A DNA stretch of 64,000 nt from Ignavibacteriales bacterium (GCA_016218025.1 JACRFD010000070.1:2745-66744); one strand, 5' to 3'. Positions 51,001-57,186 are shown, counted from the stretch's first letter. A program made the numbers and translations. The notes: a model not told the origin generated them from the sequence alone.

Positions 51001-53558
51001 TCGGTCTTAGCTTCATTAAATGTTTTCGTAGTATTTGAAACAAAGTATGTGTGTCCGTTGTATATACCGCCAAAAGTAAACAAGCTTGGATCAACCACAG
51101 GTGGTCTAATTCCAAAATTAATATCAACAAGGTTTTCGCCAGGCTGCAGATTGATTGTATAACTGGTTGGTGAATTAGGAACTGTTTGAGACCAACCATG
51201 CAACGGATTTTCGCTGATTACATAATTCCCAGTTTGCAAATCGAAAAATGTGTAATTTCCACTAGCATCTGTTATGGTTGAATCTGTCCTGTCACCTGAA
51301 ATATAAACCTTCCAATTTCCCAAAAATGGCTCTGCAATATCTTTAATACCATCACCATTATCATCTTGCCATAGATTTCCTGTGATTGAGCCAGGGTTCC
51401 AACCGTTTTCATGGTAAAGCGAATCGATCTCTGTATCGTTCAATGCACGGTTGTAAATTCTTATGTCATCTATTTCACCCGAAAACCAATTACCATTACC
51501 AAGATTTGTACCATCGACGGCGCCAAAAGCATAAATCATTTTATAACCATAATCTGATGGAACTAATCTGGTTGCTGTAAGACTTGATGCCGATTTGGAC
51601 CCATTCAGATAGCCTTCCAATTTTTGAACCGATTCATCATATTTTAAAACAACGTGATTCCATCTACCTAACTGTACTTTTCCAATAGAAATTGGCATCA
51701 TTCCGTAAACATCTATATAAACACTTATTTTTACTTCACCATCATCCATAATTTCAATTTGGCTATCATGCCAATTATCATTAGGTGTTTCCTGTCCGAG
51801 CTCAGAGACGATGACTCCTCCGGATGTAGCTTTAAACCAAACTGAAAGTGTTACCGTTTTTCCAGAAATAGAACTTTTTAGGTCAGGTGTAATTATATAA
51901 TTATTTGTTCCATTAAAATGATAAGATGCCATTGCTATGTTAAATCTATCATCTGTTAACGTAACTCCATAAGCGTTACTATTATTTCCATTACCACTTA
52001 CATCACCTGCATTGCCATTGAATGGATAATACGCAACAAGTCTTTCTGTGGGGTTAACAATTTGCTCTGTATTTACTTTTAAAAACTTTAAACTTGCCTG
52101 AGAAAGAGGGCGGAGATCTCCGACTGATATATTTTCACTAGCACCAGGTATAGCATCTTCTTGATACGTTAAGTATAACCAATCGCTGTCATTTACTGTC
52201 GGATTGAAATTAGAGATGGAAACATATCTCTCATCAATATCGTTTGTGTTTGTTAAATTACGAACATTACCCCAGCTAAAACCACCGTCAGTGCTGTTTG
52301 TGTAAATTATATCTGAATAATGAAATCCCTCTGAATCAACAACACCTTCTAAATGGGCGCTACATGCAATGAATATATTATCGCCTGCTGCATTTTTCCC
52401 GATAGAAGGTTGATGAAACGAAAAAGTATGATCTGTTTGGTCGGTATTATCGTTACGTTTTAGCATCGGAAAGTTTAGGCTGTCTATCACAGTCCGTAAA
52501 CTCATACTATACGAATCCCACAACCTAATTTTTGAAGTAACATACGGAACATCGCCGTTAACAATTTGCCCACCGCACGAAACTATATATAAGGTTGTAC
52601 CTATATACATCAAATCGAATCCCCCGAAATAAAAATAATCGTCAGGATTTTTTAAGATTGAATTAACCGGTCCCCAGGTTAATCCGTTATCGAATGATTC
52701 CGAATATCTGATTGTGTAATCGGCAAAATTATCGGCGAATGCAAACCATGCAGCGGCTATTCTACCATCCGAACCAACTGCTAATCCTGTTCGTGCACTG
52801 CCAGTACTCATAGTATCCAGAGGTACCCAATCTGAGAAACCAGTAATACTATTGTAGGTTGTGGAATAAATACCAGCCCGTGGACTTTGTCGACCAGCCA
52901 GAATAATTAAATCACCGTTCTGCATAACCTTAATCTGCGGCCAATCTGGATTGCTTGTATCAAAAGGAGTTGGAGAATAAATAGCTTCACTAAAGATTCC
53001 TCCCTCATCGTTTTGCAAATTTAATGTCGTTGCAAGATCATAAGATAGAGTCGGATTCTGGGCATGATTAGCAACAGCAGCAACATATTGACTACCGCCA
53101 TTGGGTTTCAAAGTTAATGAAGGATATCCCGATCGTTCATAGAGACCATAATTTAGAAACTGTGGAGTTCCCCATGTTTCCCCGCCATCACTTGAATAAT
53201 TATACGCCGTCCTTCTTGATGAAGAAACATTCTCACTATCGGTTGCAACCATCATTATTGCATGGATAGAATTTGGATTCAGCGGGTTTACTTCAAGGTA
53301 CTCTAGTTGTCCGCCATTAGTTTGAAAATCCCAGTAACCTGTAATACCGGTTGAAATACCTTTTCCATTTAATGAGGCACTCTGCCTTGGCGGAGTATTA
53401 TTTCTCCATTTTAACATGGTAGTTGGATTTGATTCTTTGATAGGTCCTTTGTCTATTAAATATTCACGGGGAATAATCCGGGATGAGTTAATAGTTTGAG
53501 TGGCAGCTAAATTGAAGATTAGAACCGAGGAAACAAAAAATAAATAGAATTTTTTCAT
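39057..53558 (-). CDS. Giant (4,833 aa) T9SS-sorted multidomain surface or secreted protein. Domain order: BNR propeller, LamG, 3x(SdrD-B + C-type lectin), two propeller regions flanked by Ig-like domains, 5 beta-helix modules, shared C-terminal region, CTD
   Basis: A single uninterrupted 14.5-kb ORF. Signal peptide 'MKKFYLFFVSSVLIFNLAATQ'. Asp-boxes 'SSDGGETWG', 'SFDNGLTWG' and 'STDGGFSWG'. LamG 'LVAYYPFNGNAGD...IDDIRIYNRAL'. CTLD 'DCE(T/A)NGGHLVTISS...W(I/Y)G(F/Y)TD...W(R/Q)W'. Beta-helix repeats 'NN.I.G' ending in 'NWWGD'. CTD 'NYPNPFNPTTVISYSLP...LILMK'. Confidence 0.85.
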   Translation of the reverse strand: MKKFYLFFVSSVLIFNLAATQTINSSRIIPREYLIDKGPIKESNPTTMLKWRNNTPPRQSASLNGKGISTGITGYWDFQTNGGQLEYLEVNPLNPNSIHAIMMVATDSENVSSSRRTAYNYSSDGGETWGTPQFLNYGLYERSGYPSLTLKPNGGSQYVAAVANHAQNPTLSYDLATTLNLQNDEGGIFSEAIYSPTPFDTSNPDWPQIKVMQNGDLIILAGRQSPRAGIYSTTYNSITGFSDWVPLDTMSTGSARTGLAVGSDGRIAAAWFAFADNFADYTIRYSESFDNGLTWGPVNSILKNPDDYFYFGGFDLMYIGTTLYIVSCGGQIVNGDVPYVTSKIRLWDSYSMSLRTVIDSLNFPMLKRNDNTDQTDHTFSFHQPSIGKNAAGDNIFIACSAHLEGVVDSEGFHYSDIIYTNSTDGGFSWGNVRNLTNTNDIDERYVSISNFNPTVNDSDWLYLTYQEDAIPGASENISVGDLRPLSQASLKFLKVNTEQIVNPTERLVAYYPFNGNAGDVSGNGNNSNAYGVTLTDDRFNIAMASYHFNGTNNYIITPDLKSSISGKTVTLSVWFKATSGGVIVSELGQETPNDNWHDSQIEIMDDGEVKISVYIDVYGMMPISIGKVQLGRWNHVVLKYDESVQKLEGYLNGSKSASSLTATRLVPSDYGYKMIYAFGAVDGTNLGNGNWFSGEIDDIRIYNRALNDTEIDSLYHENGWNPGSITGNLWQDDNGDGIKDIAEPFLGNWKVYISGDRTDSTITDASGNYTFFDLQTGNYVISENPLHGWSQTVPNSPTSYTINLQPGENLVDINFGIRPPVVDPSLFTFGGIYNGHTYFVSNTTKTFNEAKTDCETNGGHLVTISSGEENNFVGGLGSSEVAYIGFTDQLTEGDWRWLTGELVSFTGWDWTEPGGGTGENHCVTNYTGLGKWHDVNESYATKYILEIDGLTSLTGSISGLKWRDINGDGVRQSGEPGIANWTINISGLINSSTTTNSNGEYTFSYLPLGTYTISETQQTDWTQTYPSAPGSYDVEITAGANVTDKNFGNKPPAVDPNLFTYAGEFNGSKYYISTNAKYWHDAKSDCEANGGHLVTISSADENNFVSNISPSETYWIGYTDESVEGTWQWVTGEGTIYTNWWWGEPNNGGGIEHYVHTNYGELGRWNDAPNNQNIRYIMEIPLSRSKISGLIWNDLNGDGIKDIDESGLPNWKVYLSGDKTDSTITDVNGNYTFWYLNSGSYVISGENKTDWTQTYPSISGSYNISLAEGQQLTDINFGNHTEINFDLFTFAGEFNGSRYYVSKFGKSWQEAKADCEASGGHLVTIGSAEENNFIANLSPYEQFCIGLTDENNIGNWCWITGEELIYTNWYPGEPNGGGELYGYINYGETGKWNNGTDGGGFRYIMEIPSNKSIVSGIVWNDENNNGIKDGSEGFLESWKIKFSGTANGSTLTDANGNYNLNIFLPGSYTISLELQNNWAQTSPLASSSYTIEIVGGEDTTGFNFGSRYAPANISVSPLSLSATIYSGDTDVQQINISNTGESDLTFNIDLNQIISAITPKTKLRQPSVLHENKIGFYADESRPDTVNNIEELLSKSSQEQRTISSVGNIIRTYLNFPNCNYGMVWLGNKIYVVDRCNSRIQIYDVKTQSVVGGFTIHYNAWGITSDGRYLWIGNNSGNVYGYDLNGNRIGSFSLHTRSPHTLTWDGEYFVATPWWSGNLYRVDYSGDVIETITGLPYWLTGMVWVPQHSSGNLWGTTDGGRVVQLSIVNSGINIIKEFDLGCCGSYSLAHNGQDLWWVNSSWSPTLYQIDDGIQECITVIPSAGTIQPGQAQNIEITFNGFGIDTSTINSNLLVISNDPDDDSITVSTTLNVIGAPNIYVTPSTITFDSTFVGYSKTDTLLVQNTGVQSLIIGNISSGNPSFSTDLSSFTLNPSGKQKLVVRFSPTTSGNITGNITFTSNDPSNGTYLIPVSGKAMHPPVIGVNPQTLSFTLLEGDSTTSSFIINNSGLGELQYDIENEFIFPVPPPVTNYKILSSIKNIKVAEPSRKYENVDDKSLEELTIPTALSSINNLGRRLFSVNGNKIYEIDLNTGNPIRAISLPTVTYWWMESGLAFSGQRLYVSNNYDSKIYIVDPFTGKVIKRYSQPPETIQDLAFVNGKLYALAPNSNTIYEMNPYDGAILRSIVPPVYIGGGMDGGNGRLFVSNYGNAIYELSLVDGSVINSWQPVNYIRSMGFCGDTLYASDQCITAKYNPNTGECYGSQSGLCKNGMLAGGTSVWLSESQITGVIQPGQNQQIDLKINAKELYGGNFNANLVVSSNDPVSPQKNVSASLTVTGIPDIAVMRDSIKFDSTYLNIGKIDSFFVRNTGTAELILNNITTNNSLFTATPSSLTIPVGTKGSIYVIFNPVEVGEFNASLTINSNDPDQPVSTVYLSGIGRLSPPSISGLKTVGVGGNYTTLKEAFDSINVCFISDTLRLKLLDTAYYEQSLLLYPIDNKPSAPPLIIEPQGIGKSTIYFEFTDTMEAPVGIHLINISNVQFNQLRFVLDTLHGWEAAVRMEELCPNISFTNITLDGGNVYNGFETWGYNSSLTLNNDTIQNVGQCLYAAGSTAIDLRNSFLANNADASVWLETENGSINIENNKFDGKGIAATAIGGYASGSFLNINKNDISGFIGGIFMDGFSGIRPDYKTKKNFTETNSATLNHKALREKIQAKINALKSRDRNQVKLTAKQKYIENTKNPDRKNRTVQSTGSAVSICDNKITATIDCGMYISVMDGPLTSLRIENNDVSGIGNWGGIVSEGIEVANDGFVKINDNKVSTNHYGGSGLAFYGLWEPKSIEVKNNFVVGKDTTIFSSNQKNNRSIQGYPVGNEGITLWGNNTWENGSSLNIDSNVVIGYYYGIYPFIYSDLVSIKDNNLKDGGIFIEDHAANHSNIEGNEIIDFSEAGIYTSNFYAFTPGIPNELSIKNNTIVGSDTLGSYVGIMSDGFESYRLLIENNSITGNYFGDGIMLGGVYSPEDYNYNLLSTNRSTNNNLPLKERILQLRSKMKSKDRKEIIAQSKLQHSKGMNTKNIQSQAPLTSSNSYLSISNNLINYAGAGMGPINIGEVQGPFTVNIENNDLRTVDGADCGLYLGPINGPVLDVNIKQNKYTGASGMGGIWVEGAEIYPSGSFIVRDNEINILSGDAGLWLGEIWEPKILEIKNNLVNASESMMMDYKQKISQMVSQINYPIGGDGIAFGGSNETLADSRVLVDSNRVNGFYFGIHPWYISSGQISLSNNTLVDGGIWCEDELRGGSLSINRNQISEFSEAGIWFNGFMVDRAGEGGLNILNNTIIGSDTSGGYVGIYNEYVESNYLKVENNSINGNYQGDGIMLGSFTGTGPIFTGKANVKVSNNYAPASISLKDRVTQKYQKMHQRDLSQLKSETEQRWRDRKIKKSNATNRVKSTNDYTMLSIKNNTINYAGGGMGPMSISEMNGGGAIDIIDNSFLSSEASDVGMYMGWFSGTGRIWIKNNIINNPGHQGIGIDGGEIATGGDFIVRENNVRTNGGWGIWLGECYGPTNFNVSNNSVIAIDPFSLQGKNRKMEPSDLRNYPVGEEGITLYPTSEIDGCVVKYDSNTISGFNWAMHLHGYGPGQMSVCGNIIHDGCLYFCDDNMQHVKVDNNTITDFSEAGIQFFFYPWNEELHSSASVSRNKIIGSDTVGSWAGIYVMDVYAYTLNIDDNNISGNYDGDGITIENFYTPEQWLTSKSNKMQMSLSSPTSRERYNKLKERFKAQKIREKDRDIKKIWAERKASNLTTPKPFSPLSEVSALSIQRNQILNRGFGMGSINIFGSGNVQNIFVNDNLATPTGETDAGIYLGYWEEVKNVDIERNVIKNTLGIGLWIDVIQFHPGGEFKIRSNDIQIYGGTGLWLGEIYEPLKFDIMNNSVKAVVQTMQPLAVYSLQKNSIKSSNTIIGEEGIAVYPFNETSGSSFILSSNLVQNFDVGINLVVSGFEQVILSRNQANNNRIGFQWEGACLNSTISTNIEGNILTKNIETGLSINLNDYFCPMTIDLNSLSENDSVGLFVGGSGTMPIVTNNTLLETNKYSLWNETEKNIAARFNWWGDSTTKRMSTLPYPSNIDKIHDSFDDPTKGFVVYKDWLSNSPGGSSISGLIYNDINGNGIQDSSEVGIIGYAVFIDLNSNDTLELGERYTSTDFYGNYQFSNLGFGTYRIRQVMQGGWVQTTPKPLDIKISIDTAITGVNFGNRAFTGFGYTFVGQSGSNWSNPGNWSGSKVPGPTAFVKVPENVTVFVDSLPFDTIAALEINWRGKLKFDSTVGILKTYLQVHNDGTIEFPESENSGMVCFGDFINHNTIIPGKSRVIFVGDNPKLIHSSTFYNLEILGENTGTAGNLTVNNLITLDKDLEQRQTDTLIILKNRSDALIGDGVIKEGTIIRNIAEGDTSIYRFESKSSSIKFDGTGIYPSKIMVSTLIDSSLTDPDELWETIQSYIDTAKNIVSANCVNKFSKWRFGIPRPRIVNNNPLVNRLYTIEAFGGSNFCSNLSLRYEQTEIPFGVREDSLSLFRSLHTEVEKSITAGWNIISLPVRVRDNQKTSIFGNSNTSAFAYEGRYVNKEFLYPGVGYWIKYNNSENVTISGSPILIDTIEINFVGWNLIGTIYTPVPVNNIISIPPQMTTSGFFDFDGQYRQVDTLKPGRGYWVKVDQPGKLILAEGEILSFGSKINIIPTSELPPPHPDEKNIDNVIPSEFKLNQNYPNPFNPTTVISYSLPVDCRVTLKIYNLLGQEVKTLVNEYQDAGNKSVEWNANSLPSGVYMYRLNAEKYSDVKKLILMK
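41130..46250 (-). repeat. Intragenic tandem array of five right-handed beta-helix modules (about 1.0-1.1 kb each) separated by four Lys/Arg-rich linkers
   Basis: The linkers lie at about 45305-45465, 44330-44470, 43210-43375 and 42145-42295, for example 'LKERILQLRSKMKSKDRKEIIAQSKLQHSK'. Each module restarts with 'LSI.NN.INYAG.GMGP' and ends 'NNSI.GNY.GDGI'. Confidence 0.7.
49035..51390 (-). repeat. Intragenic alternating array of 4 SdrD-B-like and 3 C-type lectin domains
   Basis: CTLDs lie at about 50712-51085, 50030-50395 and 49335-49715 ('F(T)(F/Y)(G/A)GE(F)NGS.YY(V/I)S...(R/K)YI(M/L)EI'). They are interleaved with 'SG(L/I).W.D.NGDGIKD...NFG' domains. Confidence 0.7.
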
Positions 53559-53654
53559 AACTCCGCCTTATAAAATAATTTAAATATGATTTGTGATATA
53601 AAAACCGTGACTGATCAAAAAAGTTCTCTCGATACTCTATGATGAAACTATTAA

Positions 53655-53712
53655 CTCGAGAACCCGCAACTGTAGCCGGTTTTCGAGTGTTCTTCGACTC
53701 CGAGTCGAAGAA
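53655..53712. promoter_or_regulatory. Two adjacent dyad symmetries 100-150 bp upstream of the giant gene
   Basis: CTCGAGAACCC-N11-CGGTTTTCGAG at 53655-53686. A perfect 23-bp palindrome TTCTTCGACTC-C-GAGTCGAAGAA at 53690-53712. Confidence 0.4.
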
Positions 53713-54280
53713 TGTAACGAGAAAACAAACTTATTAGCCTCTTTATATATTTCGTTACATTTTATTCGCTATACGGAAATATTTTATATGTTTGATACTA
53801 AAACTTATTTGGATGAATTACGCATTTCTCAGAATTGTTCTAAACGACGGGTAATCCTTACGATTTGAATTAATCCCAATGAGATGGAAGATATAAATTG
53901 CCATCACCAGTGATTCTTTAGCTTAAACCCAAATTACCTATTGCATTTCTTTCGAATTAGAATAAATATTATCATGGACTAAATGAATAACATCGCTCGA
54001 ACTAAATTCCAAAATACCAAATAATTTTCCCCTTTTATTCAACCCAGGTAGTAAATAAGCTATCATTATAAAGAATGTTTTTCCACTACAAGAGGATCAA
54101 CATTTCATTGATTACAATACTTTTAAAATAAATTTAGAAATTGATTATAATCCCAATAAATATCCATCTGTTATGAGATATTCATTTAGTTAATATTAAA
54201 GAGAATAATCCAAAATGTCAAGTAATATGATATAAATTTGCCTATTTTTTCAATACCATTTTTCCCATTTTGAATGAATA

Positions 54281-54309
54281 TTGACAATTTACATGCCATT
54301 CGGTATATT
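54281..54309 (+). promoter_or_regulatory. Candidate sigma70-type promoter for the kinase locus
   Basis: TTGACA (54281-86), a 17-nt spacer, then TATATT (54304-09), about 105 nt upstream of the first ATG of the repeat region. Whether this lineage uses this consensus is unknown. Confidence 0.35.
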
Positions 54310-54415
54310 GATTCCTAAATTTATTAATGATAGAGAATTTTAGTGCGCTCATATTTTGTCGAATTAATTCTTTCAGTAATATGAGAATACAAGTTATTTA
54401 TTTGGAAATATTACT

Positions 54416-54665
54416 ATGATCGGTAAAACAATATTCCATTATAACATAGTAAAGAAATTGGGCGAAGGCGGACTTGCCCGCCGGAGCCAAATTCACATCA
54501 AAGGTTCATTCGATGGTTGGTAAGACTATCTCACATTATAAGATATTAGAAAAGCTCGGCGAAGGCGGACTTGCCCGCCGGAGCCAAATGCACATCAGAG
54601 GTTCATTCGATGGTTGGTAGCACTATTTCGCATTATAAAATTTTAGAAAAGCTCGGCGAAGGCGG
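54416..54665 (+). repeat. 97-bp tandem repeat (2.6 copies) comprising the kinase start codon and first 19 codons plus a 41-nt GC-rich spacer
   Basis: ATGs at 54416, 54513 and 54610 are exactly 97 nt apart. The units encode 'MIGKTIFHYNIVKKLGEGG', 'MVGKTISHYKILEKLGEGG' and 'MVGSTISHYKILEKLGEGG'. The spacer ACTTGCCCGCCGGAGCCAAAT(T/G)CACATCA(A/G)AGGTTCATTCG is present twice. Confidence 0.85.
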
Positions 54666-57186
54666 GATGGGTGTAGTTTATAAAGCAGAGGATACTAAAC
54701 TTGGCAGATGTGTAGCCATGAAGTTTCTTCCACCTCATGTAGGTACAGATGAAGAAAAGAAATCACGCTTTATCCAGGAAGCCAGAGCTGCCTCAGTAAT
54801 CGATCATCCGAACATTGGTGCAATCTACGAGATTAACGAAACACCAGACGGGTCGATGTACATTGTAATGGCATGTTACGATGTAGAATCACTTAAGGAT
54901 AAAATAGAAAAAGGACCTCTTGAGATAAATCAAGCAATTGATTACTCACTCCAGATTGCAAATGGAATGGTGAAAGCCCATGAGCGTGGAATTATTCACC
55001 GTGATCTTAAGCCAGGTAATGTTTTAATAACAAATGATGGCATAGCAAAGATTATAGATTTTGGACTTGCAAAACTATCAGGAGGAATGCAGCTTACAAG
55101 AAGCGGTACAACGCTTGGAACGGTTGCATATATGTCACCCGAGCAGACACGCGGTGAAAATGTTGATGAACGATCAGACATTTGGTCGTTAGGCATAATG
55201 CTGTTTGAGATGCTGACAGGTAAGCTCCCATTTCGTGGTGAGTTCGATGCTGCAATGGTGTACTCGATTACGAACGAAAATCCTATTTCGGTGGAAACAT
55301 TTAGAACATCCATCCCATTTGATCTCAAGCTTATCATAGCACGGGCATTGGAAAAAGATGTTAATAATCGATACCAGCGAATGGAGGAGATTGTTGCTGA
55401 TCTAAAAAAATTACATTTAAGAAACCAAACGGAAATAATTGCAACAGACGATTCTTCCTCTGATTGGAATACTGTAACAAAAACAATCAGATACATGGCA
55501 AAAAAACATACAGTATCTTTTATTTGGATACCTGCTATAATTCTAATTCTTTTCGTTGTATTCTTTCTCGCAAAATCATTTTTATTCAAACCGCCACCAA
55601 GCACATTGAGTAAGTCGATTGCTGTTTTACCCTTTATTAATCTCGGAGAATCAGAGCAGGTATATTTTGCTGATGGTTTTGCGGAAGAAATAACAGAGGA
55701 ACTTTCAAAGCTATCCCAAATTTTGGTCATCTCACGGCAAAGCTCCGGATATTTTAAAAATTCAAAACTTCAAGATAGCATAATTGCCGATCAACTTGGC
55801 GTAAGATACTTGTTGAAAGGCGAATTGCAACTCGCAGTTATGCGAGTAAAATTGAAATTGTCGTTGTTCGATAGTCACTCAGCCCGCGAGGTTTGGAAAA
55901 AACCATATGATTTTGCACGGGGGGAGATAATAGATATCAAACAAGATATTATTAAAGAAATAGTCGCTCAACTCGATATTGAACCGTCAGCAGTGCGTCC
56001 TCTAAGCTACAAACCATCGGCAGATGTTTATAATACATATCTTCAGGGATTATATCACCGTGATAAATTAACTAAAGATGAAAATACGCTTGCAATAACT
56101 TTTTTCCAAGAAGCGATCAGGAAAGATACTAATTTCATTCCCGCTTATGTCGCACTTGCCAACACCAAGATAGAACATTATCGACAGGCTTGGGATCTAT
56201 CTCCCCAGTACTTAACTGACGCAAGAAAGTATTGTGAAAAAGCTATACAGGCGGATACGAACGACCATCAAGCGTTAGCTCAGATCGGAATAATCACCGA
56301 TTTGGAAGGTAATCCAAAAGCGAGTGTTGATATACTTCAAAGGTCCATAACAAAAGATAAAAACAATGCCATCGCTTTAACGTCTATCGCTTGGATATAT
56401 CTTTTTGAATTAGGGGAACCTGCAAAAGGTGTCATGTATCTAAAACAGCTTGAGGAAATAAATCCTTTCGATTGGCTGACGGCGATGAATTTAGGTGTTG
56501 CTTATGCCCAGATGAAAAATTATCCGGAGGCAATAAAATCGTTTCATCGTGCTGTACAATTAAATCCTACAAACGAATTACCGATATATTCTCTTGGATA
56601 CGCTTATGAACGAATTGTCCAAATCGATAGTGCAATTTATTATTATCAAACTGCTCTCAAAATAAATTCTATGAACTCAAAAACTTACGAAGCGCTGAAT
56701 TCTATTTTGCTAGCAATTAACAATTATGCAAAAGCCGAGTCGCTTATGTCCCAGGGAGTTTTTTTATTTCAGGACGATTATAATATTTTTTATGGGTTAG
56801 GTGTTGCCAATCTTCTTAATAATAAAAAATTCGAAGCAAGTAAGACATTTAACGATGGTTTAAATATTGTAGAATCAGAGATTAAAAAGAATCCAAGAAA
56901 TGGCGACCTGTATGCAATTGCAGGATTATTTAATGCACGTCTTGCAAACAAAAGTGCAGCATTACTCGCAATCAATAAAGCTGTTAAGCTCGATTCAACA
57001 AACGAAGAAGTTATCATGAAAGTAACTCGAGCATATGCAGTATTGGGACAGAAAAGCGAAGTGTTGGAATGGTATAAGCGTGCTAAATCTATGAATCCTG
57101 AATACGATGCCGCCTACTTAAGAACTGCTATGGATTTTGAAAAATATAGGAATGATCCTGACTTGCTATCGATAGCACGCCAGTAA
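54610..57186 (+). CDS. Ser/Thr protein kinase with a TM helix, TolB-N/FlgO-like periplasmic module and TPR repeats
   Basis: 'LGEGGMGVVYKAED', 'HRDLKPGNVL', 'DFGLAK' and 'GTVAYMSPEQ'. A TM helix 'VSFIWIPAIILILFVVFFL'. 'IAVLPFINLGESEQVYFADGFAEEITEELS'. C-terminal TPRs. I prefer the ATG at 54610 over the track TTG at 54571. Confidence 0.85.
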   Translation: MVGSTISHYKILEKLGEGGMGVVYKAEDTKLGRCVAMKFLPPHVGTDEEKKSRFIQEARAASVIDHPNIGAIYEINETPDGSMYIVMACYDVESLKDKIEKGPLEINQAIDYSLQIANGMVKAHERGIIHRDLKPGNVLITNDGIAKIIDFGLAKLSGGMQLTRSGTTLGTVAYMSPEQTRGENVDERSDIWSLGIMLFEMLTGKLPFRGEFDAAMVYSITNENPISVETFRTSIPFDLKLIIARALEKDVNNRYQRMEEIVADLKKLHLRNQTEIIATDDSSSDWNTVTKTIRYMAKKHTVSFIWIPAIILILFVVFFLAKSFLFKPPPSTLSKSIAVLPFINLGESEQVYFADGFAEEITEELSKLSQILVISRQSSGYFKNSKLQDSIIADQLGVRYLLKGELQLAVMRVKLKLSLFDSHSAREVWKKPYDFARGEIIDIKQDIIKEIVAQLDIEPSAVRPLSYKPSADVYNTYLQGLYHRDKLTKDENTLAITFFQEAIRKDTNFIPAYVALANTKIEHYRQAWDLSPQYLTDARKYCEKAIQADTNDHQALAQIGIITDLEGNPKASVDILQRSITKDKNNAIALTSIAWIYLFELGEPAKGVMYLKQLEEINPFDWLTAMNLGVAYAQMKNYPEAIKSFHRAVQLNPTNELPIYSLGYAYERIVQIDSAIYYYQTALKINSMNSKTYEALNSILLAINNYAKAESLMSQGVFLFQDDYNIFYGLGVANLLNNKKFEASKTFNDGLNIVESEIKKNPRNGDLYAIAGLFNARLANKSAALLAINKAVKLDSTNEEVIMKVTRAYAVLGQKSEVLEWYKRAKSMNPEYDAAYLRTAMDFEKYRNDPDLLSIARQ

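Noticed and set aside
49035-51390. Diversity-generating retroelement targeting the C-type lectin domains
   Set aside because: No reverse transcriptase ORF, template repeat or accessory gene is present within the 64 kb. The three CTLD copies differ throughout and do not show A-specific mismatches confined to a short variable region. A distant element cannot be excluded without the whole genome.
54571-54609. Track start (TTG at 54571) for the kinase, adding 'MPAGAKCTSEVHS' to the N-terminus
   Set aside because: The extension is simply the GC-rich repeat spacer read in the kinase frame. The ATG at 54610 restores the canonical kinase N-terminus seen in all three repeat copies.
54996-55730. 244-aa ORF antisense to the Ser/Thr kinase
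   Set aside because: It lies entirely inside a well-supported kinase/TM coding region on the other strand. Its composition is low-complexity and it has no motifs, so it is a typical shadow ORF.
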